From an uncultured Spirochaetota bacterium (GTDB lineage Bacteria > Spirochaetota > Spirochaetia > SZUA-6 > Fen-1364), in the NCBI GenBank assembly GCA_963845535.1, contig CAWJSK010000006.1, positions 1-64,000 on the forward strand: a DNA stretch of 64,000 nt. Direction: 5' to 3'. The notes under the pieces are model-generated. The model did not search any database and was not told where the DNA came from. It was given only the letters and a program-made list of their open reading frames with translations. Numbering within the stretch: the first letter of the stretch is position 1; each line of letters starts with the position of its first letter. Position numbers and translations under genes: made by a program. Positions 49,295 through 59,293 of the stretch are shown piece after piece.

Positions 49295-50315
49295 CTGGTC
49301 CTCCGGTGGTAAGCTGAGAGTAATGCGTGGTGGAGTGGCGAACAACAAGGCTGGGGTCGAGCAGAATCGTTTCCGGCGCTTCTGCTGACGACTCGATCTG
49401 CTTCGTCACTATTTCTACTGCTTTCTCCGCCAATTCCTTGAACGGATAGTGGATCGTGGTCAAAGAGGGGGTGGACATGATTCCAAAGGCGTGGTCATCC
49501 AGGCCCATCACGGACATGTCATCCGGGACCTTGATGCCCCTCTGATAGAGCCCTTTCAGAACGCCGAAAGCCATCATATCGTTCATGGCCCAGATGGCCG
49601 TGATGCCTGCCAGTTTCTCCTGGAAATGCTGCAGGGCCTCCAGACCCGCCACGAAGCCGAAATCCCCTTCAAAGACGCAGCCTGACCCAAGATCGATCCC
49701 GTCCTCCGCCAACGCTTTGCGAAACCCGATCATTCGCTCGCGGCAGAGGGTAATCTTCATGGGGCCTGTAACGCACGCGATGCCGCGGTGATTGAGCCCC
49801 GTCAGATGTTTCCCCGCGAGATAGCCGGCTTTCTGATTGTCGAGCACGACGTTCGGCACGTTCTCCAGCTCGAACGCCCGGTCGATCACGACGATGGGGA
49901 TCCTCTCACGTATTATCTTGCTGACGATTCGACTTTCATCCGACACGCGGCAAAAGATGATGCCGTTGATGTTGCGCAGCAGCAGATCCTGAACGTTGCG
50001 TTCTTCCAGGTCTGCATCGTCGTGTGAATTGACGATCACGACGTTGTAACCGCGCTGCTTGGCCGCATCCAGGGTGTGTTGCGTGATGAAGCTGTGGACG
50101 GTGGTCGATACTTCTGGCAGCACCAACCCTAACAGGTTTCCCCGGCGAACTCTCAAGCCTTTGGCAACCAGATTCGGCCGAAAGCCGAGCAACTCCACCG
50201 CATCGAGGACCTTCCGGCGCGTTTCCGGATCCACGGCGTCTCGTCGGTTAATTACCCTTGAGACGGTCGATGTTGAGCAGCCAACGTATTTCGCCACATC
50301 CCTGATAGACGGCAC
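49272..50315 (-). CDS. LacI-family transcriptional regulator
   Basis: SIRDVAKYVGCSTSTVSRVIN, FRPNLVAKGL, VPDDMSVMGLDD, PSLTTI; alternative ATG 50333. Confidence 0.93.
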   Translation of the reverse strand: MPSIRDVAKYVGCSTSTVSRVINRRDAVDPETRRKVLDAVELLGFRPNLVAKGLRVRRGNLLGLVLPEVSTTVHSFITQHTLDAAKQRGYNVVIVNSHDDADLEERNVQDLLLRNINGIIFCRVSDESRIVSKIIRERIPIVVIDRAFELENVPNVVLDNQKAGYLAGKHLTGLNHRGIACVTGPMKITLCRERMIGFRKALAEDGIDLGSGCVFEGDFGFVAGLEALQHFQEKLAGITAIWAMNDMMAFGVLKGLYQRGIKVPDDMSVMGLDDHAFGIMSTPSLTTIHYPFKELAEKAVEIVTKQIESSAEAPETILLDPSLVVRHSTTHYSQLTTGGPDGNQNHY

Positions 50316-50330
50316 GTTCCCTTCCTGGTT

Positions 50331-50360
50331 CATGGCAACGATTACGGGAACGTTACCATG
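50331..50360. promoter_or_regulatory. Tandem LacI-type operators at the head of the sugar operon
   Basis: TGGCAACGATTACG and CGGGAACGTTACCA, together forming the inverted repeat CATGGCAACG..CGTTACCATG. Confidence 0.6.
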
Positions 50361-50409
50361 GCCAATGGTGCCTGTCAAGAAAAACCTCCAGGCCAAGAGA
50401 GCGCTTGGC

Positions 50410-50448
50410 AAAAAAAGAGGCCGGAAGGGCTTTACCACTCCTCCGGCC
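50410..50448 (-). terminator. Intrinsic terminator of the outer-membrane protein gene
   Basis: GGCCGGA/TCCGGCC stem with an A7 run on the + strand (U-tract on -). Confidence 0.65.
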
Positions 50449-50472
50449 ATTTCTTGCAGACTGACTGGAATC

Positions 50473-51063
50473 CTATATCTTCAATGCCAAGCCTGCGTTC
50501 ACGTATCCCAGCGTGTAGCCAAGTTCCGCGTAGATCCCGATAAAAGACGCGAAATAGTAGCGGGCTCCAGCATAGAAGCCGTACGTGAAGCCGCCGGCGG
50601 TTACTCCCGGTATGGAGCCCCCGGCAAATCCCCCTGTTCCGCTGTAGCTCACCGATGCGATATCGTAGCCCAACAAGAGCCCCGCGTACGTGTCCAGATT
50701 GGGCACTTTGATGAGTTCGATAAAGTGGTATGAGACTCTGCCGCCAACGACGATAAAGGAGAATGTATCGGTATACGTGTCGCCAAAACCGTCGTCATAT
50801 TTGTACTGAGAAGCAGTGTACCCAGCAAGAAGGCCAACAGAAAGCGGAATCTGGGGCGCTGCCATGAACTGGTACTCCACGCTGGCGATGATAGGTGGAA
50901 CCGTCATCGAAGCGCCGGTGTAGTATCCCCAGAACCCAAACCCGATACCAGCCTGAAACTCGATGCCGCCATTTTTGAACGCCGGCGAATCTGCCGCAAA
51001 GACTCCGGCAGCAACAAACAGCAGCGCCACGACCACGAGCACACTGACGAACCTGCGTTTCAT
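50473..51063 (-). CDS. Small outer-membrane beta-barrel protein
   Basis: Signal peptide; aromatic/Gly-rich strands GGRVSYHF, DTYAGLLLGY, GARYYF, GIYAELGY. Confidence 0.78.
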   Translation of the reverse strand: MKRRFVSVLVVVALLFVAAGVFAADSPAFKNGGIEFQAGIGFGFWGYYTGASMTVPPIIASVEYQFMAAPQIPLSVGLLAGYTASQYKYDDGFGDTYTDTFSFIVVGGRVSYHFIELIKVPNLDTYAGLLLGYDIASVSYSGTGGFAGGSIPGVTAGGFTYGFYAGARYYFASFIGIYAELGYTLGYVNAGLALKI

Positions 51064-51445
51064 GAGAGCCTCCTTCATTTCAATACCCTAGATTGAGCGG
51101 GCTCTGCCCGCCGTCTTTGGCTTTTTTGGACTATCCCGCATGCGCTGTCGATTCTTAATGCTCCTTTCCATTGCTTCAGCGCTCAGGCCAGACTTCGCCT
51201 GACCCCAAGGCAAAGTTGCCGAGGAACTGGCGTGGAAGAGCCCTGCCTGCTCTCCCTAAGAACCGGCCTGATCACGCAGGAATCACCAAAAGAAAGACAT
51301 TTGAAAGTTCCAAACTAGTCGGATTATATATGTCGATTATTCCAAGTTCAATGAGAATTCCTCAAAAATAGAGGCAATTTCAACCAACCGCGCCTGCTAC
51401 GAAAAACGGCGTGAAGTAACCAGAGGAAACGCAAGGAGGCTTCGG

Positions 51446-52369
51446 TCAGCGCACCGTCAATACCAACTTGCCACGAAGGTGACGACCTTCGCTGACCGCG
51501 TGTGCCGAGGCTGCCTGTGACAGCGGATAGAGTGTGATCTGGGGCGGGCGCACCGCGCCGGCAGTGACAAGTGCCAGCAGGCGGTCGAGATGGAGGCGGT
51601 CGCGCCTGACGTTCGGCCGCAGCGAGACGACATCCGGGCGGGGCGAAAGCGGGGGCGAAGAGCCCGAGGCAATAAAAGCGGCGCGTCCGCCGGAGCGTAA
51701 GACGGCGAAAGAACGCGTTGCCACCTCGCCACCAGCCGTGTCGAAGACTGCGTCGCAGTTCGCTACTTCGCGCGTGAAGTCTTGCGTGTGATAGTCGATG
51801 ACCACGTCCGCGCCCAGCGCGCGCACGTAGTCGTGGTTGGCAGCGCCGGCGGTGGTGATCACCTTCGCGCCAAAGTGCTTGGCGATCTGGATGGCGATGC
51901 TGGCCACACCGCCCGCGCCACCGTGGATCAGGATGGTCTCGCCAGACTTCAGCTCGAGGGTATCCTCGATGGAGACCAACGCGGTGAGGCCCGTGAGGGC
52001 GAGCGCCGCGCACTCGGGGTGCGAGAGGCTTGCCGGTTTTCGCGCCACAATCGCTGCCTTGATCGCGATCTTCTCAGCGTAGGCGCCCTCCTGGCCGACG
52101 TCGCAGACACCGAAGACCGGGTCACCGGGCGCGAAGTCACGTACGCCCGCGCCGATCGCGGCAACGATTCCCGAAAAATCGCGGCCAGGGACGTGAGGAA
52201 AGCGCGTAATGGGCGCGTAGGTGCCCCGCCGTACTTGCCAGTCCGCGCTGTTTACACTCGCCGCGTGCACGTCCACCAACACTTCGCCGGGTCCGGCGAC
52301 GGGGTCCGGCAGGTCACCGTACTGGAGAACCTCGGGCCCGCCATGCTCCATGAAGTAGACTGCTTTCAT
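51446..52369 (-). CDS. NADP-dependent oxidoreductase (MDR/quinone-reductase family)
   Basis: GGPEVL, AASVNSAD, PGRDFSG, LIHGGAGGV, GKLVL. Confidence 0.93.
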   Translation of the reverse strand: MKAVYFMEHGGPEVLQYGDLPDPVAGPGEVLVDVHAASVNSADWQVRRGTYAPITRFPHVPGRDFSGIVAAIGAGVRDFAPGDPVFGVCDVGQEGAYAEKIAIKAAIVARKPASLSHPECAALALTGLTALVSIEDTLELKSGETILIHGGAGGVASIAIQIAKHFGAKVITTAGAANHDYVRALGADVVIDYHTQDFTREVANCDAVFDTAGGEVATRSFAVLRSGGRAAFIASGSSPPLSPRPDVVSLRPNVRRDRLHLDRLLALVTAGAVRPPQITLYPLSQAASAHAVSEGRHLRGKLVLTVR

Positions 52370-52398
52370 TCCTCAACCGCTCTGAAGCGTTTCGCGCT

Positions 52399-52863
52399 TT
52401 ACACTTGAATACTGAGGAAAACCCCAAGGGTCATGTGTGCTATCTGATCCTGGAGGCTCTCGATGTCGTCGATATGGCGATCCTCGTCTTTCAAAATGCT
52501 CTCAAGGATCTCGCGAGTCGCGAAATCTTCGACCTCACCGGCCACGACGATTGCGGCGTTGTACGCCTTGATGGCCCCCTCTTCGGCATCGTGATCGTTT
52601 TCAAGCTGCTTGGGCACCTCGGCTCCGATATGCATGTCCAAAAGCCTGTTGACCACCGGTGTCCCCTCAAGAAAAAGAACTCTTCCGATGAGCTTCTCCG
52701 CATGCTTCATTTCATCGATGGCGCGTTTCTCGAAATGATCATGAAGCTTACTGTAGCCCCAGTTTTCGCACATCCCCGAGTGCACCATATACTGGCTGAT
52801 AGCGGTAAGTTCGTCGGCAAGCAAAGAGTTCAGAGTATCGATGAGCCTGGGTTTTCCCTTCAT
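52399..52863 (-). CDS. bfr: Bacterioferritin
   Basis: MKGKP..I..LN.LLADELTAISQY.VH, IDEMKHAEKLIGRVLFLEG, EDRHID. Confidence 0.93.
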   Translation of the reverse strand: MKGKPRLIDTLNSLLADELTAISQYMVHSGMCENWGYSKLHDHFEKRAIDEMKHAEKLIGRVLFLEGTPVVNRLLDMHIGAEVPKQLENDHDAEEGAIKAYNAAIVVAGEVEDFATREILESILKDEDRHIDDIESLQDQIAHMTLGVFLSIQV

Positions 52864-53043
52864 GGCCTTCTCCTCCCTCGGACGAGATCAGTGTCGATGT
52901 AGTAGACTCTATGAGAATAGTGACGAACCTTCGCGCTTTCAAGTCAGAGTTGAAGAAGAAGCCGCTCTTGAACCTGTGCAGCGTCCGGAGCACGAAAGCG
53001 GCTCGTTGAGCGTTGTTCAGCCCGAGCGATGCGCCCCAACGTT

Positions 53044-53304
53044 CTAATGGATTGCGGAATCCTTGACGCCTTGCTCCGGCAGGTCCACAGAAATGAGCTC
53101 CGTAGCAATTAACGAAGACACAGGGATCGGCTGTTGGTCCTCAACTATTCCTCGCAGGTGAAATGAAATCGCCTCTTTAATATTCGCGAGAGTCTCATCG
53201 AAAGTGCTTCCGGTTGTGACACAGCCCGGAAGCTCGGGAGCATATGCCGAGAAATTATGCTCTCCCTTTTCCACAAAGACCGTGTATCTCAGTTGGTCAG
53301 CCAT
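53044..53304 (-). CDS. hicB: HicB-family antitoxin
   Basis: YTVFVEKGEHNFSAYAPELPGCVTTGSTFDETLANIKEAI. Confidence 0.88.
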   Translation of the reverse strand: MADQLRYTVFVEKGEHNFSAYAPELPGCVTTGSTFDETLANIKEAISFHLRGIVEDQQPIPVSSLIATELISVDLPEQGVKDSAIH

Positions 53305-53458
53305 TCTTCAACCCCGCCGGTTTAAGCATACTTTGCCACGTTCCCGGGTGCAATTCATCGTTCGGCTTTCCCGGGATTGTGACCCGTCCCCGCTTTGTCG
53401 GGTGTTTGTATTGCTGATGGCTTCCGTTCTGTGCGACAAGAAACCATCCATCGGCCTT
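53297..53458 (-). pseudogene. hicA: 5'-truncated HicA toxin
   Basis: Manual translation KADGWFLVAQNGSHQQYKHPTKRGRVTIPGKPNDELHPGTWQSMLKPAGL; no start codon before the upstream in-frame stop. Confidence 0.8.
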
Positions 53459-53670
53459 TTGAAGTGCCGATCGCGCCGGTTTTCCGGTGGCGGTCTGTAA
53501 ACCCTTTCACCGAAAGACAGTCTTGCCCTCCTTGAGATAGGGCAGTTCGAGAAGACACACCGGGGAGACGGGAACGGCCACTTCCGGGGAAACGTGCAGG
53601 CCATCAAGCGGCCCACGCTGCTTGAGCTTTCGGGGCCGGCCCGGCACGCCGCCGGGCGGGCTGCTATTTC

Positions 53671-54312
53671 CTAGTACGCCACAGTGAATCGCTTCCGGAC
53701 ATGACGAGGCTTCTCCAGCTCGTCCACGACAGCCACGGCGTAGTCCTCCATGCTGATGAAGCTCTTGCCCTGGCCGTCAGTCACGAGCGTGTCATCGCCC
53801 GTTCGGTATTTTCCGGTGCGATCTCCCGGCTCGATGAAACCCGCGGGGGAGAGGTAAGTCCATTCCAGGACCTTCTCCCGGCGGTAGACCGCCAGGGCGT
53901 CGGCGGCTGACTTTGCCAGCGACTTCCAGGCAGCGGGGAACTCCGGGGTGTCCATGAGGAGCTTGCCGGGCGCTACCTCGAGGCTGCCCGCACCTCCAAC
54001 CACCAGGAGACGTCTGGTCCCTGCCTTGCGCAGTCCCTCCATGAGCGCGTGGGCCGCGTCCACGAGGAAGGCGCCCACGGCTTTGTCCATGTCCGGTCCT
54101 ACCGCGCTCACGACGGCGTCGTGTCCGGCGACGAGCTCTGAAACCGACCCAGCGTCCGTCACAGACCCCACGGCCGTGCGGAGCTTGGGGTGTTTCAGCG
54201 ACGCGCGTCCCGGGTTACGGCTGATACCGGTGACCTCGTGGCCCCGGCTGAGTGCTTCCTGCGCGATGCGGCTCCCGATCCTGCCGGCGATTCCGAATAC
54301 AGCGATTTTCAT
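53671..54312 (-). CDS. NAD(P)H-binding oxidoreductase (flavin/biliverdin-reductase-like)
   Basis: KIAVFGIAGRIG, VVGGAGSL, WTYLSP, ISMEDYAVA. Confidence 0.9.
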   Translation of the reverse strand: MKIAVFGIAGRIGSRIAQEALSRGHEVTGISRNPGRASLKHPKLRTAVGSVTDAGSVSELVAGHDAVVSAVGPDMDKAVGAFLVDAAHALMEGLRKAGTRRLLVVGGAGSLEVAPGKLLMDTPEFPAAWKSLAKSAADALAVYRREKVLEWTYLSPAGFIEPGDRTGKYRTGDDTLVTDGQGKSFISMEDYAVAVVDELEKPRHVRKRFTVAY

Positions 54313-54591
54313 GTCACGTCCTCCCGGGGTGCATTTTTCTCGAATATAATGAGCGGGCCTGAGAATCGAATAGAGATGACTGGGCGCGCCCCGATACCCA
54401 TTCGCGACGCCCACAGCTCTTGATTCGCTCTTCCTCCCTTGAGGCGCAACCAGGGTACGCAGGACCGTCGGTTTTATGAGCAGGCCGGATCTGGTACAGT
54501 CATTCCCGTGAACGTGCCAGGCGCGAGCCCGAGAGACGACGGGTAAAGATCGTCGGGTAGGCGCAGCCTCGTGCCCCGGTCGGAGAAGGAC

Positions 54592-55449
54592 ATGCGAATT
54601 GCAACGTGGAACGTTAACTCCCTGAGAGCGCGTCTTGAGAAGGTCCTGTGGTGGCTCGATCGCGCCAGCCCGGACGTGCTTCTGATGCAGGAGACGAAGC
54701 TCGTGGACGAGGAAGCACCGGTGGCGGCGTTTCGGGAGGCGGGCTACGAGCTGGCGCATCATGGACAGCGACAGTGGAACGGCGTCGCCATCGCCAGCCG
54801 CGTCGGCATGGAGCAGGTAACAAGAAACTTCGGCTCTGCGCTTGAGCCAAGGCAGGACGGCGGTGAGGAAGCGGTGAATCCTTTTGCAGAGGCGCGGATG
54901 ATCGCAGCCACGTGCGGGGACGTATCCGTAGCCTCACTCTATGCGCCAAACGGACGGAGCGTCGATTCCCCTTACTTCACGGCCAAGCTGGAGTGGTTTC
55001 GCCACTTGAACCGTTGGCTTGAGGAGTCGGCCGGTGCTGCTGAGCGTCTGATCCTGGGAGGAGACCTGAACGTCGCGCCCGCGGATATCGACGTGTGGGA
55101 TCCCGCCGCTTTCCGTGGCAGCACACACGTGTCATTGCCCGAGCGCGCCGCGTTCGAGAGCCTCTGCCAGCTCGGCTTGACAGACATCTACCGGCGGCAT
55201 CACCCGGAAGGCGGCCGCTATACGTGGTGGGATTACCGCGGCGGAAACTTCCACAAGAACGTGGGCATGCGCATCGATCATCTCCTGATCTCGACGCCGC
55301 TCGTGGAGCGGGCAGTGTGGACGGAGATCGACCGCGAGGCCCGCAAGGGAAAACCGCTGCCTTCCGATCACGCGCCGCTCGTGCTGGATTTGGATGAGCG
55401 GGGGAAGCCCTTTGACCCGGGATGGCCTGTCGCGCCCGACAGGCGTTAG
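54592..55449 (+). CDS. xth: Exodeoxyribonuclease III
   Basis: MRIATWNVNSLRAR, LMQETK, YAPNG, GDLNVAP, YTWWDYR, RIDH, SDHAP. Confidence 0.95.
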   Translation: MRIATWNVNSLRARLEKVLWWLDRASPDVLLMQETKLVDEEAPVAAFREAGYELAHHGQRQWNGVAIASRVGMEQVTRNFGSALEPRQDGGEEAVNPFAEARMIAATCGDVSVASLYAPNGRSVDSPYFTAKLEWFRHLNRWLEESAGAAERLILGGDLNVAPADIDVWDPAAFRGSTHVSLPERAAFESLCQLGLTDIYRRHHPEGGRYTWWDYRGGNFHKNVGMRIDHLLISTPLVERAVWTEIDREARKGKPLPSDHAPLVLDLDERGKPFDPGWPVAPDRR

Positions 55450-55611
55450 CCCGGCCGATGAGGAGATCTATTCCCGCATCTGGGGCGTCGACCTGTACGA
55501 AGGCTCAGAGAAAAAATAGAGGATGACCGCAATCGCGCTCTCCTCATCCAGCGAAGCTTCATGCGAAACCCCGGAAGGTGACCGCCATGAGGTGCCGTGT
55601 CAGCAAGCAGG

Positions 55612-56400
55612 CTACTTCCCTCCTGAGATCTCCTTGAGCTCCTTCTGCAGCAACGCATCGGGCTGCTCTCCATCCGATGCCCATGCAACGAACCCGTTCC
55701 GGTTGATGATGTAGAACGTCGGATAGATACGGACCGCATAGGCCTTTGTCACTGGCCCTGCGCTCCCCCGGCTGCTGAAGCTGCCTGCCACTTCCCCCGG
55801 ATCCAGAAGGGTTGGATAGGGCAGGGCAAAGGATCGGTCGAAAGCGTAGAGGCTTGCTGCATCCTCTCCGTCTGCGTTCACCGCGAGGAAATCGAACTTC
55901 TTGGCAGACATCGCCGCCCGAATTGCCACTACGTGCTCTGCCTCCGCCTGGCAGGTAGGGGACCACGTGGCGAAGAACTCCAGGAGCACTGTCTTTCCCT
56001 TCTCATCTGAAAGACTAATGCGCTGACCGGTAGGCGTTTGAAGGGCAAAGTCCGGCGCCTGGGCTCCCAGTGAAAGGAGGAAGGGGTTTCCCGGTGGCTG
56101 GGCTGATTGGACGGAAAGATTCTCTACGACGCCGACTGAGCTGTCCATGGTGGAATGGAAACCCACGACATTTGCTTCCCTGACAAGAGCTGCGTCGGCA
56201 AACGCAGTATCGACATCCTCCGTGAGATTAGGTTTGCCGAACACGCTGCTGAGGTTTGCGCCGGCTCCCTTGCTGCCAATCGCCACCAGGATACCCGCAA
56301 GGATGCTGAGGGCTATCAACCCGCCCGTGATGAAGTAGAAGAGCCGGCGCAGGTTGGATCGTTCTTGCGCTCCTGCGCTACCATTATCGGATCCATTCAT
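55612..56400 (-). CDS. Membrane-anchored TlpA/redoxin-family protein with SxxC active site
   Basis: APDFAL, LLEFFATWSPTC, YPTFYIINRNG. Confidence 0.8.
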   Translation of the reverse strand: MNGSDNGSAGAQERSNLRRLFYFITGGLIALSILAGILVAIGSKGAGANLSSVFGKPNLTEDVDTAFADAALVREANVVGFHSTMDSSVGVVENLSVQSAQPPGNPFLLSLGAQAPDFALQTPTGQRISLSDEKGKTVLLEFFATWSPTCQAEAEHVVAIRAAMSAKKFDFLAVNADGEDAASLYAFDRSFALPYPTLLDPGEVAGSFSSRGSAGPVTKAYAVRIYPTFYIINRNGFVAWASDGEQPDALLQKELKEISGGK

Positions 56401-56427
56401 GCCAACCTCCGCACCTGCATACCAACT

Positions 56428-56709
56428 TCAATCGCTCTCACGCAGTGATGCCCGTGAGACAGCTTCCCACTCCGTCCACGTTTCCAATCTTTTTGGATAC
56501 ACCACCTTTACGCAGTCTGCGGCAAAGTTGCCAAGCAGAAGGACATCCAGCTTGATGGGCAGAATGTTCTTGCCGTATTGGCTGGTGAGATCCGTCAGCG
56601 CATCCGTGTTTCGGGCGATGGCCGCAACCTTGTCCCCGCGGGCCAGCACGGCTTTTGCCCACTCGCGGCCGAACCCACGGGACGTTCCCGTAATGAACCA
56701 GATCTTCAT
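56428..56709 (-). pseudogene. Short-chain dehydrogenase relic with in-frame internal deletion
   Basis: SDR N-terminus WFITGTSRGFG...LPIKLDV fused directly to an SDR-type C-terminus LLLG...KRLETWTEWEAVS; NNAG and YxxxK absent. Confidence 0.75.
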
Positions 56710-56845
56710 GCATTCAGTATCCGAATGCGGAAAGCATCAGGTCAAATGGAACATGCCCAGAGTAACTCACGGCCTGTTTTGCTGTATTTCGATATATCCA
56801 TATGTCGTTTGCCCTGCTCGCGGGACGGCGGTAATGTTCATTATC

Positions 56846-57772
56846 ATGACCTATCGCAAGCTGGGAAGATCAGGCCTTCAAGTGTCTGCCGTGGGCCTGG
56901 GGTGCATGAGCCTGGGGCTCGACAAGTCCAGGGCGGAGCGCATTATCCGCACGGCCCTGGACCTGGGCATCACGCTGTTCGACACGGCAGACCTTTATGA
57001 CCACGGCGTCAACGAGGAGTATGTCGGAGAAGCGCTCCGCGGCGTTCGGGACAAGGTTGTGATTGCCACCAAAGTGGGAAACCGGTGGCGCCCCGACGGC
57101 TCCGGATGGGACTGGGATCCGACGGAAAAATACATCCTGCATGAAGTCCATGAGAGCCTGCGCAGGCTCAAGACGGACCGCATTGACCTGTACCAGCTCC
57201 ATGGCGGGACAATTGAGGACCGGACTGATGAGACGGTGCGGGCTTTCGAGCGGCTCCTGAAGGAAGGAAGCATTCGGGCCTGGGGGATCTCCTCCATTCG
57301 GCCAAACGTGGTGCGACGCTTCGCCGCCCTGGCCGCAAGCGGCACCGCCAGCCTGACATCAGAGATGGTGCAGTACAACCTCCTTGACCGCAGGCCCGAG
57401 GAGGAGATCCTGGAGACCGCCGGGGGAGCAGGCTTCGGCGTCCTGGTCCGCGGCGCGGTGGCCGGCGGCCTGCTGGCTGGCGCGCCGCCAACCGGCAAGC
57501 CGGCCGACGCGTACCTGGACCTGACTGCGTCAGAAGTGCAAGCCACTCAGGATGCCCTTCGTGCGGTCGCGGGATCCGACAAGGCGATTGCGCAGACAGC
57601 CATTCGGTTCGTGCTGAGCCATCCAGCCGTGACAGCGGTGGCTGCCGGGGCCAGCAGCGTGGCCCAGGTGGGGGCCAACGTGGCAGCGGCCGACGCTCCG
57701 CTCCTGAGCCCGACCGACGAGCAGGCTTTGAGGCAGGCAGTCCGCCAGCTACGCTATACGAACCACAGGTAG
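56846..57772 (+). CDS. Aldo/keto reductase
   Basis: YRKLGRSGLQVSAVGLGCM, FDTADLY, IATKVG, SLRRLKTDRIDLYQLH. Confidence 0.94.
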   Translation: MTYRKLGRSGLQVSAVGLGCMSLGLDKSRAERIIRTALDLGITLFDTADLYDHGVNEEYVGEALRGVRDKVVIATKVGNRWRPDGSGWDWDPTEKYILHEVHESLRRLKTDRIDLYQLHGGTIEDRTDETVRAFERLLKEGSIRAWGISSIRPNVVRRFAALAASGTASLTSEMVQYNLLDRRPEEEILETAGGAGFGVLVRGAVAGGLLAGAPPTGKPADAYLDLTASEVQATQDALRAVAGSDKAIAQTAIRFVLSHPAVTAVAAGASSVAQVGANVAAADAPLLSPTDEQALRQAVRQLRYTNHR

Positions 57773-57816
57773 GGACGCGGGAATACGCGAGACGCGGACC
57801 CGCGGAAGGAGGCGTC

Positions 57817-58794
57817 ATGAAAACCGTTTCGTTGGGGAAATCGGGACTCAAAGTTTCCAAAGTGTGCCTTGGGACAATGACATTCGGGCGGGAGGCGGAT
57901 GAAGCCACCTCCTTCAAGATCATGGACTACTTCGTGGAGCAGGGCGGGACCTTCCTGGATACCGCGGACGCCTACGGCACGGGCGCCACGGAGTCCGTTG
58001 TCGGGCGGTGGCTCAAAGCGCGCAAAAGCCGCGACAGCCTTGTGGTGGCAACCAAGGTGTTCCACCCGATGGGCAGCGGACCGAACGAGGGAGGGCTGTC
58101 GAGGCTCCACATCCAACGGGCAGTGGAGGCCAGCCTGCAGCGCCTCCAGACGGACGTGATCGACCTTTACCAGATCCACCGCTGGGATCCTACCGTGCCC
58201 ATCGAGGAGACCATTGGCGCGCTGGATGACCTTGTCCGCCAGGGGAAGGTGCGGTACGTCGGCTGTTCCAACGTGCGCGCGTATCAGCTTCAGTACTGCC
58301 TGGACTACGCGCGGGCCCATGCCCTGAGCCCGTTCATCAGCCTGCAGCCCCCCTACAACGCCCTGAACCGCGCCGTAGAAGCGGAGCTGCTCCCCCTGTG
58401 CGCAGAACAGGGCATTGGAGTCCTGAGCTACAACCCGCTGGCTGGTGGGATGCTGACGGGCAAGTACCGAAAAGGTGCCCCGCTTCCGAAAGGGGCGCGC
58501 CTGGAGGCTTTCCAATTCTATCATGACCGATATTACACGGATCAAGCTCTCGATATCGTCGATAAATTTCTCCAAGAGGCTTCGAAGCGAGGCGTCACGC
58601 CTGCGCAGTTGGCCCTGGCATGGGTGGTTGCCGACCCCAGGATCAGCACGCCGATACTCGGCGCGCGGAGCCTCGAGCAGATATCGGACTCCATCAAGGG
58701 AGCGGAGATCGCGCTCACTGCCGAAGAGCGCGCATCAATTCCCGCGGTACCGCCCGCTCACTGGGTGGGAGAAGACCCCGTGTACGGCCGGTAA
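57817..58794 (+). CDS. Aldo/keto reductase
   Basis: CLGTMTFG, FLDTADAY, SLQRLQTDVIDLYQIH, GKVRYVGCSN, YNPLAGG. Confidence 0.95.
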   Translation: MKTVSLGKSGLKVSKVCLGTMTFGREADEATSFKIMDYFVEQGGTFLDTADAYGTGATESVVGRWLKARKSRDSLVVATKVFHPMGSGPNEGGLSRLHIQRAVEASLQRLQTDVIDLYQIHRWDPTVPIEETIGALDDLVRQGKVRYVGCSNVRAYQLQYCLDYARAHALSPFISLQPPYNALNRAVEAELLPLCAEQGIGVLSYNPLAGGMLTGKYRKGAPLPKGARLEAFQFYHDRYYTDQALDIVDKFLQEASKRGVTPAQLALAWVVADPRISTPILGARSLEQISDSIKGAEIALTAEERASIPAVPPAHWVGEDPVYGR

Positions 58795-59293
58795 CGGACA
58801 GGCCCGTTGTTGCCCCGGTCAGAGAGCCTGAGTACCCACTGTACCCATGAGAATGATTCGGCCCCTTCTCCTGGCTTTCGCGGCGGGGCTTGTCCTGCCG
58901 AATGTGGCTGCGGCGCCAGCCACTCCCCTCGCCTTTCGCGGCTCGCCACGACGGCGCCTGCGTGGCTCTCGGCGTCTACTTTCGCAGCCGCCTGCCGCGC
59001 CAGAGCTTTCCGCTTCGCCCACTCACGAATTCGCGACTCGCGACTTGCATGCGATAGTCCAGTGGTTCGTGACCTGCGAAGAATCAATCGCTCTTCGCGT
59101 CGGTTGCAAGCCCCTGCTTTTTGTACCTCCCTGTCAGCCGCGCTTCGGCAAGCACGTGTCCCTTCATGAGCGCGCGTATGCGACAGGCCCGCCGTACGGG
59201 CCGGGATCCCGAGGTTGCGACGCGCGTGATGCCCTCAGGCAGACCAGGGGAAGTGGGCGGGATGTCGTAAACAGGCGTCCGTACCCCCTGCAG

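Noticed and set aside
53025..53050. Possible integron attC core (GCCCCAAC/GTT) beside hicB
   Set aside because: No matching inverted core at a suitable distance, no repeated sites and no integrase.
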